From Octopus bimaculoides (lineage: Eukaryota), in contig NC_068984.1 in the NCBI RefSeq assembly GCF_001194135.2, positions 64,037,624 through 64,101,623 on the forward strand: 64,000 nt of DNA, read 5' to 3'. The translations under genes and the position numbers were made by a program. The notes beneath the pieces were generated by a model. The model was not told where the DNA came from. It saw only the letters and a list, made by a program, of their open reading frames with translations, and did no database searches. Numbering within the stretch: the stretch's first letter is position 1; every line of letters begins with the position of its first letter. Positions 40,528 to 53,970 of the stretch are shown here, in pieces.

Positions 40528-40549
40528 CACACAAATGTGTGTATACATG

Positions 40550-40580
<31 letters not shown>

Positions 40581-41099
40581 GTACATATCCATATCTGCAC
40601 ATACATATGCTCACATATATCCGTACGTTGGAATACGTTGGAGTAAGGTGTACATGCATCTTTGAACGGGGTTAAGGTTTCATCCGGTCTATCAATCATT
40701 TTCACAGACAGATTTATATCTCAACATAAGTAACATCATATTAACAGTCAGTTAACATATAGTAAATTACATACAGGTCTTAAACTATACATATACGATG
40801 TCTCGCAATCATGCAATACTGCACTTTGTCTCAATGAAAGTGCAATTAAACTTGAGAAAATCATTTATGTATATACTCAGTCAGTTTTAGAATCAAATAA
40901 ATAATCATGTTAATGTAAAGTATTCATGAAGTGGTCGAAAAAGTACATAACAATACTGCACAGTTAGACTTTATAGCCTTGCGAAATTCAACGAGTAGAT
41001 GTCACGGAATTCACCCTTGGAGATATTCCTGGGACTGCAGATTATTTCAGACGCTTCAACATCAAATCATATTGCTTGATTGTAACACAGTAAAATACA

Positions 41100-41290
41100 A
41101 TAATACTTGATACAAAATGTATTACACTAGTAAATAGAAAATTAGCAGAATTCTTAGCGAGTTCGGTAGAATGTTTGCATTATTTCATCTGGCTGTGATT
41201 CAAAATGCTGCCGAAGTAAATTTTGCATTTAAACCTTTTGGCATCAAAAACCTATAAACAACCCAGAGTAGTGGATTGGTGGGGCCGTAA
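41100..41290 (+). mobile_element. Degenerate OK-like SINE
   Basis: agcagaattcttagcgagttcgg...gattcaaaatgctgccgaagtaaattttgcattt. Confidence 0.5.
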
Positions 41291-43194
41291 AAGTGTAAGA
41301 CTAAGTGTAAAGTAGTTTCTGTTTTGACCCGTGCATTCATTCAGTCACCAGCTCTTACATTGATGCTAGGCATGTTTATTTGGTCAAACATTGATGGCCT
41401 ATCCGTAAGGCAACGTAGAATTCGTGGAGGAAACAGAGTTGCAAAATATACTACAATATTTGTATTGAATATGATACAATAATAGGCTATACACCATGTT
41501 GCGCAATTTCAAGTGTATGTAATACAAAATATAATAGCATATTATATTCAAGAATACATTAAACATATATCACATTAATGTGTATAATTTACAGTGTATA
41601 TATATATTTAATGTATATAATTTACAGTGTATTGTGTATAATTTACAGTGATAAATCATACACAATAAAATATGACTAGTTGCATTACTTGGAGAGTGTC
41701 TTGTTCAATAATACCTAAAACAAATACATTATCTGCTTGCCATATATGCTCAACACATTTTTCGATCCTCGTTAATATTTTCCCATGTTCCTCTTTTTAC
41801 GCATTTAAGGATGTCCTAGCGTTACTTTTATGACGTTGTCAAATGCCATGGTTTGTATAAAAGTATTTCTTCTGTTCCAGCCACTCAACGTGAAAATGAA
41901 ATTGCATAAGAATCAGCGGAGTGCATGTTACTTTGGTACAATTGGTGGAGATTCCTTTAACTTGTTGAACTAAGTTTGTTTTCATGTATTTCGTGTATAT
42001 TATGTTTTATGTATACAAATACTCCAGTGAAGATCTCTTTTGACAGATTCAATATGCATTTGATAATTCCTATCTTAGCACAATACACACGGTGTGATAT
42101 GTAGATGAAGTAGAACCCAAAGCCAATTGTGTTTCGATACACTGATGTTCTGACATCTGCATCTCTACCAGTACATGAAGGAATTTTTAGATATTTCTTT
42201 TCATCTACAAGATACTTGATGCTTCCAGTGAGTTGCTAGAGTACAATGTCATCCAAATATTTCGACTAAATTGTATGTGTTAGAGTTGTACTCTACAGAA
42301 GTAAGATTCCGAAGTTTCAATAACATAGGTGTTTGCCATTATTTTTTGAGATGGTAATCTAAACACCATCCTTTCGTGTGTTTGGATATTTGGACATTTG
42401 GACATTTTTGCGTAATCTAGACTATTTATTCATCGCACCCTGTATATACATATATAAACATACATACAAACACACACACACATATATATATACATACATA
42501 TATTTTGATGTTTTGATTTGCGTTAAAATACTTGTCATTATGTAAACGATATTTGATGCACAACACCATTACTCAAATGTACTGCACTATATTATGCTTT
42601 ACTTACTAATTATATACAGGATTACATGAAGTATGTTAGATGTCGTATGTTAGACTACTTCCCTTATATCTAAATATACTCAGTTACATTATTTAGTTTC
42701 ACTCAAATTACATCTCTTTCTATGACCAGTTGAATCTTAGTCAAAAACTGGAAATCTAACATGGTCTGACCTGCTAGATATAAGAATCAAACCTTGCTCA
42801 TTTTAAATCATCACGTTTGAAACAAGGAAAACTTCAAGTGTGACGAGAATGGTATTCACCTAAAAGTTCTCAAGAGACTTGCGCAAAATATCCATAGCCC
42901 ATTCCTGTAAGTAAGAAATTTTAAAAAAACGATAAATAATGCACGCGTGTCAGAAACTAATCTAACTGTTGTCTCCACAATTATGAAACAAAAGCATCTG
43001 ACACCTTTTTGTATTTCTTTTATTCTAAGAATATATCGGTGCAATATTTTTTTATATGAAATACTGTAGCTATATTATTATTATTCATTTAGAGTACCTA
43101 CATATTAATACGATCCAATGGTAGACTATAACCTACTCCGTTTCTACCCATTGTCTGCAGCTGAAATTCTTAGTTCATTTTATTTAATTTTTAG

Positions 43195-43229
43195 CAAGTA
43201 TATACTGTTTCTTTTGTTCTTGGTGACAG
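43195..43229 (+). other. Candidate 35-nt exon, possibly signal-peptide-like
   Basis: ttttatttaatttttag acceptor and ACAG/GTAAGA donor; frame KYILFLLFLVT ends in phase 1. Confidence 0.25.
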
Positions 43230-43369
43230 GTAAGAATTCCTTCACGAAATACTTCATTTCTAAATATTTGTCCTTCATCAGTAAATATCCATTACAAATA
43301 AGGTATCATTTAGTGTTACTATTTATTTTTTGGGACAAATAGAAGCTATATATGTAATATTGGTTACAA

Positions 43370-43575
43370 ATTTTGGCAAAAACGTCAGCAATTTCGGGGA
43401 AGGTAGAAATCGGTTATATCGACTTAGTGCTGAACTGGTACTTATTTTATTGTCCTTGAAAGGATAAAAAGCAATGTCGACCTTGGCAGCATTTGATTTC
43501 AGGGGATAAAAACAGAAGAAATGTCGCTGATGTTTTTGTTCGACGTGACAATGATTGTGTTAGTTCGCCGCCCAT
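43370..43575 (-). mobile_element. OK-like SINE
   Basis: gaactggtacttattttattgtccttgaaaggataaaaagcaatgtcgaccttggcagcatttga. Confidence 0.7.
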
Positions 43576-44644
43576 CATGCATGTTATATGTTTCAATACA
43601 ACATTGAAGGCACGGATATTCAGTTTTCTCACGTAAGACATATCACATCGATGAATACTATGCTGTAAATGTCTTCAAAAGGAGATATTTCACTTCAATG
43701 AAATAAAAAATTATGATAATATTCTCTATGTAACATTATACAATATTTTACCTTGCTTTCAAAGTGAAAATCAGTCACTGTAAGAAATAAAGATATCACT
43801 AATACTTTATATACCACACAATTTGCTACAGAATTTTTTATTTTAATCTGAAAAGTACGTTTTATTCAACTTATTTACAAATCTGAAATGACATACCATT
43901 CAAATAAATAATTAGCATTTTATTAAAACATTAAAGGACATGATTATATGCTGAGCTAACGATATTCATAAACTTGTACGCTTTGAACGAAATATATTCA
44001 AAACAGATTATTTGCACGGGAAAAAAACACAAAATTCGTGAAATTTTAAAAAGTGCTTTCGCTTTTGATGAATTTTAATTTATTCGGATTGCATGAAACT
44101 TTTTGTCCATAAATTTGATATAAATTGTGAGACAGAATTTGCATAATATATTTATAATACTTTGACTCTTGGACCTATTCATGCAAATATTATATAGATT
44201 TCAATTTATATTTGTCATATAATGATCTAATTAAAAATTTATAGCAATACTTATTTTAAAATATATACAGTTAAAAAAGTGTAGGGAAGAATATACACCG
44301 TATATGTTTATGATTATTGATATATATATATATANNNNNNNNNNNNNNNNNNNNNNNNNNNNNNNNNNNNNNNNNNNNNNNNNNNNNNNNNNNNNNNNNN
44401 NNNNNNNNNNNNNNNNNNNNNNNNNNNNNNNNNNNNNNNNNNNNNNNNNNNNNNNNNNNNNNNNNNNNNNNNNNNNNNNNNNNNNNNNNNNNNNNNNNNN
44501 NNNNNNNNNNNNNNNNNNNNNNNNNNNNNNNNNNNNNNNNNNNNNNNNNNNNNNNNNNNNNNNNNNNNNNNNNNNNNNNNNNNNNNNNNNNNNNNNNNNN
44601 NNNNNNNNNNNNNNNNNNNNNNNNNNNNNNNNNNNNNNNNNNNN

Positions 44645-44675
<31 letters not shown>

Positions 44676-44679
44676 GTTA

Positions 44680-44750
44680 GTGTTTGTGTGCGTCCCCGTA
44701 ATCTAGCGATTCGGCAGAAGTGTCTAATAGAATAAGTACTTTGCTGACCT
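44680..44750 (+). mobile_element. OR-like SINE fragment
   Basis: gtgcgtccccgtaatctagcgattcggcagaagtgtctaatagaataagtact. Confidence 0.65.
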
Positions 44751-44894
44751 GAAAGTTTTACGATTACTTGTAAAGATGACATGGACGGTTTAAGTCACGT
44801 TGTCTCCTGCCATGCTGCACATCTCCCCACTGTCCTATATGTGTGACTTTTATACATACATCTATATTTTGCAAAGCTGGTTATAGGCATATGT

Positions 44895-45135
44895 TCTTTT
44901 ACTAGATTCTATCAATTGACTGCAGACATGCTGGAGCACCGCCTTTTACTAAAATAAATCGACCCCAGAACATATTCTTTGTAAGCCTGGCACTTATTTT
45001 ATCGATCTCTTTGCCGAACCACTAATTTACGGGAACTAAACACACCAGTATCGGTTGTGGGGGAGCCAAACGCAGACACAAAGATACGCACACATGAACA
45101 TATATGCATACACACACACACAAACACACACACAC
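44895..45135 (-). mobile_element. OR-like SINE, 3' half
   Basis: ttgactgcagacatgctggagcaccgcc...ccagtatcggttgtggggg. Confidence 0.85.
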
Positions 45136-46139
45136 GCATATATATAATATTTTACATGATGTTTGGTATGAGTGAATCTGTGTTGTAATAATTACGGTTT
45201 TGATTTCTAAGGATCGTCTTGCACATAAAAGCACACATTATTTTAGGTCATTTAAAAAAATTAACTGTGCCAATCCCAATCATTGATCAGCCTTAATATG
45301 GGATATAATAACCGATATAAATGTTTGAGTATTGTTTCGTGAATTTCCAGTCACACTATACGTTCTACAAAGAGAATTACTAAAGGAAAAATATGGAGAG
45401 AGGTAACATAAAATAGTGAATGATGTGTACCATTACTAAGCTTGGTGGCAGACAAAACACAAGGTAAGAGAGAAAAAATCATAGAGGTAGAGTAAAAGCA
45501 GGAGACGGAGTAAGTGACAGGGTATTTATGGGAAGGGCTATACAAGCAGACACTTTTTTAAATTTTATTTGATATCTAGGTACCGAATACGTTTCTTTTA
45601 AAAAAGTGCATATTCAATTCATTAGTTTATATAGGCACCAATAAATTTAAAACTTCAATTATAATGTTGGCATGTATACCGTATTTTATTATATCACTCA
45701 GCGTAGCAAAAGTGTACTTCCAAAGTTACTCGTCACACGACGAGTATCGCTCAAGTTGCGTCAATAATGGTAGACCTTCACTAGCGTATTTATCTTGATT
45801 TAACGACCATCTTACGAACGATACTATGTGAATGTTTAGGTACGTCTGCCTGTGTACGCATGTATATATGAACATATATTTGTTAAGTTATATATGCATG
45901 TTTGTACAGTTATATATATATGTATCTTTAAATACGTAGCATGGTTTAATATACATAATCTGTGATTATCAGTGATCCTCAGTGGATGGGAATCTCCTTT
46001 AAAGTACAAGAATGAAAAATTGCATATTTGACTTCGTACAAATGGGGTGGGGCTATTTGTAACACAGCACGATTTTCTTGAAATTGATATCGATCAATGC
46101 AATTTGAATTTGACCGTTTTATTTACTACTTCACAAATT

Positions 46140-46690
46140 TCAAAGAGGCAGCCATATAATTCCATTTTGCTCCACCACACAGCCATCGGTATGACGTTAT
46201 CCCCTTCTACTCCAAACCCTGGCTCGGACATCTGCTACAGAAATGCAATATTGACGTTGGTCAGAGAAGACTATAGTATTCCACTGCTGATATCACCAGG
46301 ATATCTGCGAGGATGGGAACCATAGCCGGACGTGGACAAGACAGATTGAAAGATCTCAGCCGGCGCCGAACTGTCTTTGCATGAATGGGTCTGTGGTGAG
46401 TTCCTATGGTCTGCCTAGTTGATTCTGTTGCCCTCCGGAATCAGTCTTGCAAGTACTGTCAGTGCAAGTGGAGCTATTGACGTTCCCTTGTAACTCTCTA
46501 TCGGTCACTGCCTGGATCATTATGCGTACTATTTGTGGCGTTGTATCGTTCCCTCAACCGCTCAAATGTCTGAATACTGCAGTATTAATAATTATCCGTG
46601 GACGTTGAGCAGCATGGAGAATTCCGATGGCGTGTTCCATCTAATTTCGTCTCGGTCTTCGCGTACTTGTTGCATTCGGGGAAACGAATG
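46140..46690 (-). pseudogene. Tc1-family transposase remnant (paired HTH to first catalytic D)
   Basis: EHAIGILHA, RLRERYNATNSTHNDPGSDR*RVT, IHAKTVRRRLRSFNL, IVFSDQRQYCISVADVRARVWSRRG*RHTDGCVVE; frameshifted. Confidence 0.8.
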
Positions 46691-47069
46691 ACAGGCCGGT
46701 AAATAAGGATTCCTATTACACCCAATGAGTCAACGTTTTGCACGTGCATCATGAGTTTCATAAAGATGCGTTCGCGAGCATTACCATGTTCTCGAAAGGT
46801 GAGCGAGTTTAAAACCTACATGCAATCATTCAGATTGCAAAAGAGGGAGGTGTTATCGATTGTGGTCAAATTACATGGAAATGTGATACAATCCATATAA
46901 TTTCAATATCGTGTATGAAACAAATAATCTTTTACAATGCGATTTTTCTTGGAAACCACATGCTGTATTGTTTGGCATTCGCACCAGAAGCTTCAATACG
47001 AACATTTCAGAGAGGGTGACTGTCAATCCGAGGACAGTGCAACATGAGGACATGTATCGAGAGTGATAA

Positions 47070-47649
47070 AAATCAAACATGCAGTCAACATCATGGTGTT
47101 TAGAGTGATCACTAGTGACGACGATGTTAAGCTTCCATTCATATTCCTACACGGCCTCCGACTCAACCCGGATGCCTAATTCAAGTGCCTTACCGAGGCA
47201 GTGTTGCCCTTGGTCAAAGGGTGGCTGCTGGAAGACCCTATGTCTGGCAACAGAACTCTGCACTATGCCACACAAGCAGGCGGACAATTTCTGCGACCAC
47301 ATCGCGCTTAATATCTGGCCACATAACTCCCCAGGCATCAACCCCCTTGATTATTATGTCTGGGGTGCAGTTGAGCGAGAGACCAACAAAACTCCTTGTA
47401 ACACTAAAGATGAACTCTTGGCAGGGATTATGGCACCATTCACCAACTTAAACAAGGAGACCGTCCAGAAGAGCTGCAACAGATTCTGAAGTCATCTGGA
47501 AGCCGTGGTTGAAGCCAATGGCAATTTTATTTAATAAATTCACTATTTAGTATTTCAAAATATTTTTATGTAATTTTAGTAAATATATCTGTTAAAATGA
47601 GATGTTAGTGTTATTTTCATTTAGAGGAGAGTTTACCCACTGCACCTTG
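47070..47649 (+). mobile_element. maT-like (DD37D) Tc1/mariner 3' half with TIR and TA
   Basis: KHAVNIMVFRVITSD, RPYVWQQNSALCHTS, IWPHNSPGINPLDYYVWGAVERET...LEAVVEANG; ends ...ccactgcaccttg followed by TA. Confidence 0.9.
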
Positions 47650-47683
47650 TATACATATATCTACTATGTAATACATATATGCA

Positions 47684-47726
<43 letters not shown>

Positions 47727-48985
47727 CATGGGGACCTACATATGTATTTATGAACTGTAACATCTCTTTTTCGACTCCAGCATAGAAACTTCAGTACCAA
47801 TTCAGATAAAGCTACATTAAAATTTCTTAGCAAATCTGAAATGAAGCACATGAGGTGTAAATTTCTAGAATGTTACATTTTAGAAGTTATATCACTCTAA
47901 ATCTATGTATATTCAGATTATTTGAAGCATGGCTCATAACAATTTGTCATGTTAACGGAGTAGATTTTGCAGCATGCGTTTGGCAGTCCTATTGTCTTAT
48001 GCTATCGTTTCTTATTGAAATACAGCTTGTAGAATGTGGATAGCATTTAAACATGACGTGACTGAGGTTATTTTCATGAATAATGTATTTTATTATTAGA
48101 AAGCATTGTTCATTCACACATGAGTCATCTGCCATACACGCATATACTCACGCTGTGAAATTCACAGATCTCTGGAAAATAAATAAGCATTTTCTTTGTA
48201 ATCAAATGAAAGAAAATATAGACTTTTCAACTGTTCATGGATTTGTCCATTTCTGAATATTTGTGTCAACTTCGAGAGAATTTGACATTGTGCATTTTTT
48301 TCTCTAAATACATGATACTTGCCAGTTTTCTTGTGAGGCCTAAAAATACAAAATTGTATGCTACTGAGCATGCGCAATGATCAGCTGATCTAGATTTTGT
48401 AAACAATTCCCACAAGAAAAAAGAAAAATGAAAAACTCTTCAGTGCTACACTTCATATTCATGCTAACCATTAAATGTGGATCAGCTCAAAAATTTACAT
48501 TTATTATCACGTACCAAAGTTTTTAAAATAGTTTCATACTACAGTTGCTATCATTTAAACCCACGTATATATTTCTTTATAATTCTGTATATATTTCTTT
48601 ATAATTCATCTGTTTTACCAAATTAAAAATAAAGAACATACTTTTGCATCTAAACCGTCCAGACATATTATTAGAGAACTTAATGTTTCTGTATAATGAC
48701 GAAAATGCAAATAGAAGCATGTCGGAATAATTAATTGGGAACTACCTGTGTCTAATGTAATGAGAGTAAGAGTTACTATTGAAAATATTTCAAGATAGTT
48801 TCACTTTTTATAGCTGTTCGTCCTTCTGTATATCTTAATCGTTTAAGATGAAGATGTTGATCTAATTGCACAGAACATCTTATCGTTCATGTCCTTCATA
48901 TTTTTCTTGATGCTGTTTTGTTCTCATAAGTGGTATTTCATGAACTCACTCTCTATACCCGCAGACGCATTGGAATTCTTTAAGT

Positions 48986-49551
48986 CAGTGGTTCCAAAAG
49001 TATGAGTTGCGACCCACTGATGGGTCACGAACGGAATCCTAGTGGGTCGCTAAAAGTTATAAAATTACGCATTAGCTTTGATTAACTGCTGTCTATCGAT
49101 ATAGTTCAAGACTCACGTTACAGTTTCAATACAAGACTGGTTGCCTTATCAAGCAGTAGGCTTTTTTCACGAACTTAACAAATCAGAGGTGGTCATTTTC
49201 TCAAGTTATCTATTCGTACGTAATCGTAAAAAGGAAAAGTCTGTTTTTAACCTAATTATAGAGAACTTTAACTAGGCACAGTACAACACTGATAGAGCCG
49301 ATGACAGTTACTGCTTCGAAGTTTTGTATTAGAGTTAATACCTGAAACTATCACGCATTGAACCTGGTGTTAATTCTATTATTGAGCGTAGCAAGAAACA
49401 GGCTCATCCTTCTCACAGGCCTCAATGAAAATGTAATCTGAAATAAATTTGTTTCTTTCATTAATGTTTTTACTCAGTAGAGTTAAGTGGGTCGCCATAA
49501 ACGGGTGTCATAAATAGTGGGTCACGTCTCTAAAAAGTTGGGGAACCACTG
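48986..49551 (+). mobile_element. hAT (Charlie-like) MITE, 566 bp, perfect 8-bp TSD
   Basis: TIRs CAGTGGTTCC; CTTTAAGT at 48978-85 and 49552-59; subterminal GTGGGTC(G/A)C repeats; internal LKLSRIEPGVNSIIERSKKQAHPSH (49342-49416) like a Charlie transposase C-terminus. Confidence 0.92.
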
Positions 49552-49699
49552 CTTTAAGTCAATACGTTATGCCATATGGGCAAGCAACATCAGTTTGCCT
49601 TCAAGACCAATACATTTTTTCTCTTACAGTGATATCCAATCCTTTCGCACTTATATCATATTCTTACCGATTCCTTAATTCTTTTATCCCTCTGCCTCT

Positions 49700-50106
49700 A
49701 CCCCTCTCTCTCTCTTCTCTTCCCACGTGACCGGTGTTCGGCCAAGCCTGATCTTTCTTTCTTGACCAGCCCTTGTGCGTACAACACCGATATTCCTCCC
49801 TGTGTCTGTGAAATCTTGTATCCCTGCCAGCTTAATTTAATTCGTTTTAAGTCGAAAGACACTTGTTACGTCCTGTTATTAATTTTATTGTATTTGTGTA
49901 ACAGTGTTCTTTTATTTCCGTCCTCATTTTTGTATACATTCGCTGCTTTCTTCCAAGGAATCTAATGTCCTTAGCTTAGTTTTTCCTTGGGGATGGCCAG
50001 ATTGGAACAATAGCGAGAATAACCAGCCGAAATTGCAAAGATAATCTGGGTCTCGACTGAGGAAAGAAAACTCCGAATGACTTGTCCTTGTTTTCTTTGT
50101 ATCGTC
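49700..50106 (+). mobile_element. Probable Penelope-like LTR fragment
   Basis: GC-richer island with a degenerate CTGAGGA...CCGAAT...GTC motif at 50057-50086. Confidence 0.35.
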
Positions 50107-50116
50107 NNNNNNNNNN

Positions 50117-50175
<59 letters not shown>

Positions 50176-53100
50176 TATATATATATTAATATATATATAT
50201 TATGTATGTTTGTATGTATGAATGTATCTTTCTATGTGCGTATGTATGTATGCATGTATGTATGTACGATTGTCTGTATGTATATTTCTTTAATCAAGAT
50301 GTCATATTGGGTGACTTACGCATTTGCCAATCTTACAGTATACTGAACACAAGGGGTTTTTTGTTACCTTTCTTGCAGTGTGTAGTGCATTTTAAAGGCC
50401 TGTCTTCACGTTTTTCTATTTAATTTTGTGTGATATATTTTAGCCATGCTCTTCGTATCCTAACATTTTGCAGTTTTGTAAGTTATGCATTTGTTCTTCG
50501 TTTCTTATAACACGGATAAAGCTATTCTTGCTTGCTTCTCACTGTAGCTACTTTGTAATCATTTGGAGGGTCCTTTCTGTGAGGAAGGGGATTCATACGT
50601 ATTCAACCTTTTGTAACTAGCCTTCAGCTTTGTTCCTTCAGCTTTGTTCAGAAATTTATACTATTTTGGTTACGTACTTTAACCAGATATTTTTGGTTTG
50701 CGCAAATTACTTGAATATCCACAAATTATTCATTATCATGTTTGTAGTGTCATTGTGTTTTTGCTTTCACATTCCCTTTCCACACCATTGAATTTTTCTC
50801 TTTCTTAATCCATTATGCATCTTTATTGTGATGAATATTTCTGTTCTCTATGCATTACGAATGTGATTGGATTTTTTTTATTATCATTAGTGTGTTTTCC
50901 AATGAGAAACTTTTTCCTTGATGTATATCAAAGAGTCTTATAAAGCATGTATTTGTCAGATTGAGAGCCGTTTTACTTTCCTTACAATTTCTGAAGATCT
51001 TGCCTTTTTGTAGTATTATATTTTTAAATAGATTTAGTTTGTTCTTTTTCATATTTATATCTCGCTATGTAAGCACATGTCTTTTCTCATTTTGACAATC
51101 TTCTATTGTGTGTTTTCTTGTCACTCTTAAGGGACTGAAAAAAAAATAATGTAAGATAGTCAAGTTTGCTTTTCGAGGAAACAATTTCTTGACAAATCTA
51201 GTATCTCAGAATTATTAACGAATGATGTTTGTTTATTTTATCTGTAGCTTCGGGAAACATTCCGTTGGTGTATGTTGATTGATTTTATTATAGTCAAGTC
51301 TTTTCTTATTTTGTTTGCAGTTAATATTTGATTTTCCCCATGGTTGCGTCTGTTTATTCTATTGCGGTCATTGTTATTCTGTTTTCGTTATGCTAACGTA
51401 GAGTTTTCCTCGTGCTACATATTAGAAAGTGTATTTGTTTGGATTTTTCTGGTCATGAGCCACCTATTGTTCTGTTTGTTTTAACGTGTATTTTTTGTTC
51501 TAAGCATGTTTTGGTGGAGGGGCTCTCTATTTTATGCATGTGCATGTGTGTAAGTTTGAAACGCGTATGTGAGATTTATCTTTGCTTAACTCTAAATCAA
51601 CTTTGATTGAAGATACCTATGATTGAAGGCGCTGGATTCCAAAACAGCCAGTATTTTTGACTGAATACATCAAAGATTACATTATTATATATGTTCTTCC
51701 TCCTTTAAGCCGATAATAAGAAAGTTGAGTGGCATTTGGCTGTTATATCTTGCAGCTTAAAAGATACTTTCTCATTCATTTATGAATATTTTATCTCCTA
51801 TATCACCTTCTTTGAAATTGTCTTCATAACATCATTTCTTTGTCATTTTCTGTTTTTGTGTTTGGTGAGTTATATTTCATTGTTTTCTTCGTTTCTTAAT
51901 GTCTATCATTTATAATTGTGTCAATACCGTTGGTTTATTTTCTGCGAGTTGCCAGTGCATGAGTCGATCTATGTTTGGTTTTTAAATATTATAAATATAC
52001 CTACATTTCTTAAGGTATTTAAGTTTTGGCTTTCGATTTTCATTGAGAGTATACTTCGACCTTAGTACTCACATATCGTTTCTTCACAATATTGGGGCAT
52101 AAGAAAGTTGAATAGATTCATTTGCACTGAGGAAGAATAGAAATTTGCTTCGATCAGAAACTTACATTTGTACTCACTATTTGCATATGCAGACGGTCAC
52201 TAGTTTTCTAGGATTCCAGTGCTGTGCTGTGTTGCGAATAGTATAGCTATGTGGTAGGTATACACGCAAGACTCTACATATTTTTATTTGGTTCATCGAT
52301 CCTTTGAAGTGTTCGTTTTAGTAGCATGGACACTAACACTTAAGAGAACGGCACGTTTGACATTGATGTTATACGGGATTTAATGTATGATTTCATTAAG
52401 CTCAAACAACGGTGTCCCTTTACGTCTTTCATCAATGGGTATATATAATTTTCACTCTTTGTATTGTTATTCATGGTTCATCTGATCTGCAAAGTTGCGT
52501 TGTTTTTGTTTTTAAGTTAATACGCATGACTTACTTTTCTATCTCACCTTAAAATTTTGTATTCTATCTAACCTTAAAATTTACATTGACACTTTCTTTT
52601 CTGCATAAGGTAAGCAAAGTATATAACACATCAGATTTCATGTAATATTACAAATTAATTACTTGTTTTTGTTTTTCTTGAAATTTCTTGTCTGAGGTTT
52701 AGTATCACTTTGTTTACAGATATCTTATATCATTCTTCTTTCACCTATTTATATGTCGTGTCGTTTCACCTAATTATTTGTCGTATCGTTAGCATCGTTG
52801 TTGCTTATAATTGTTATTACGATTATAGGCAACATAATCATCAGAATCAACATAGCCAAAATCGTCATTTGATCAAATAATTAACACGCTGGAAAAATGC
52901 ATTGAAATATTTGTTTGAGTGGTTTACACTTCGAGCTCAAATTATACAGAAGTTAACTTTGCCTTTCACCTCAACTGGCGTCGATTACCTAAAGTAAATA
53001 GACTCAAATACTGAGTTTATTTAATCGACTAACACCCTCCCAAAATTTCGACATTTTACTGAGCATGTCACATAGAGTAATTTCATATTCATACATACAC

Positions 53101-53529
53101 CTATGCTACAAACAATGATAAAATGTAACTTACTAGCCACATGTTATTTGAAAATAAGCATTGCAATATCTGGAATGCGAATATAGAAATAAATAATAGT
53201 TTCAAATTTGGACTCAAAACCTCCAATTCATTGATTAAAACGACCCTAGTGATCAACCAAAAGAAATGTCACTGAGCATTTTGTCCGCTGCGGTAACGTT
53301 TGACATTTCGTCGCCTTCATGTAGTTATAAAATAATATATCATAATACATCGAGTAAAAACAGATTCGACCAAAAAATGCAATGAGCTATAAGTAAAACT
53401 CGAACTACGGATAAAGTGTACACAAGACCTTTGTGTTAACCTTATACTAAGACTTCTAAAACTAAAGCATCTAATTTATGCAGTTTAAAGCAGCATATCT
53501 TTCAGGTTGCATGCTGTCATTACATCGAA

Positions 53530-53680
53530 GCAGTATTTAACTGTTACTTTATTTCTATTGTTTCCGGAACGATGAAAGGTAAATTAGTCCTCAGAAAATT
53601 TAATCTCAGAACGTAGAGTCAGAAAAAATGCCGCTAAGTATTTCGGACAGCGGACAGGCTATTCTGCCACCTCGCAATAT
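53530..53680 (-). mobile_element. OK-like SINE
   Basis: gatgaaaggtaaattagtcctcagaaaatttaatctcagaacgtagag. Confidence 0.65.
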
Positions 53681-53784
53681 ATTTTGATCTAACAATTGTG
53701 GCTACATTTACATAAGAGATTCCTCGACAAAGAGATTCTGCTTGCTCACCGCTTAGTTTGGTTTAGTACTGTTCTTTTTATTAA

Positions 53785-53970
53785 AGCAGTGAGCTGGTAC
53801 AACCATTAGTACTCCGGCAATTCGCCTGTCTTTACATTCTGAGTTCAAATTCCGCCGATATCGACTTTATATTTTATCCTTTCAGGGTAGATGAAATAAG
53901 TACCAGTTGATCACTGCGGTCGATTTAAACTACTTACCATTATTTCATGGCCTTGTGCTAAAATTTGAAA
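53785..53970 (+). mobile_element. OK-like SINE
   Basis: gcagtgagctggtacaaccattag...ctgagttcaaattccgccgatatcgacttt...gaaataagtaccagttg. Confidence 0.8.

Noticed and set aside
41957-42228. ~94-codon stop-free frame on the minus strand (QLTGSIKYLVDEKKYLKIPSC...)
   Set aside because: No recognisable domain or clear donor; a few frames of this length are expected by chance in 64 kb.
26873-47651. Two inverted maT-like TIRs as ends of a 21-kb composite transposon
   Set aside because: The TIR copies are clearly diverged from each other and the family appears multicopy; independent insertions are simpler.
50057-50086. CTGAGGA...CCGAAT...GTC hammerhead-like motif
   Set aside because: GAAA is broken, stem II is mismatched and no stem I is found; at most a decayed relic.
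50350-51100. Penelope RT/GIY-YIG remnant on the minus strand
   Set aside because: Only faint motif resemblance, and the pieces are not in the expected order.
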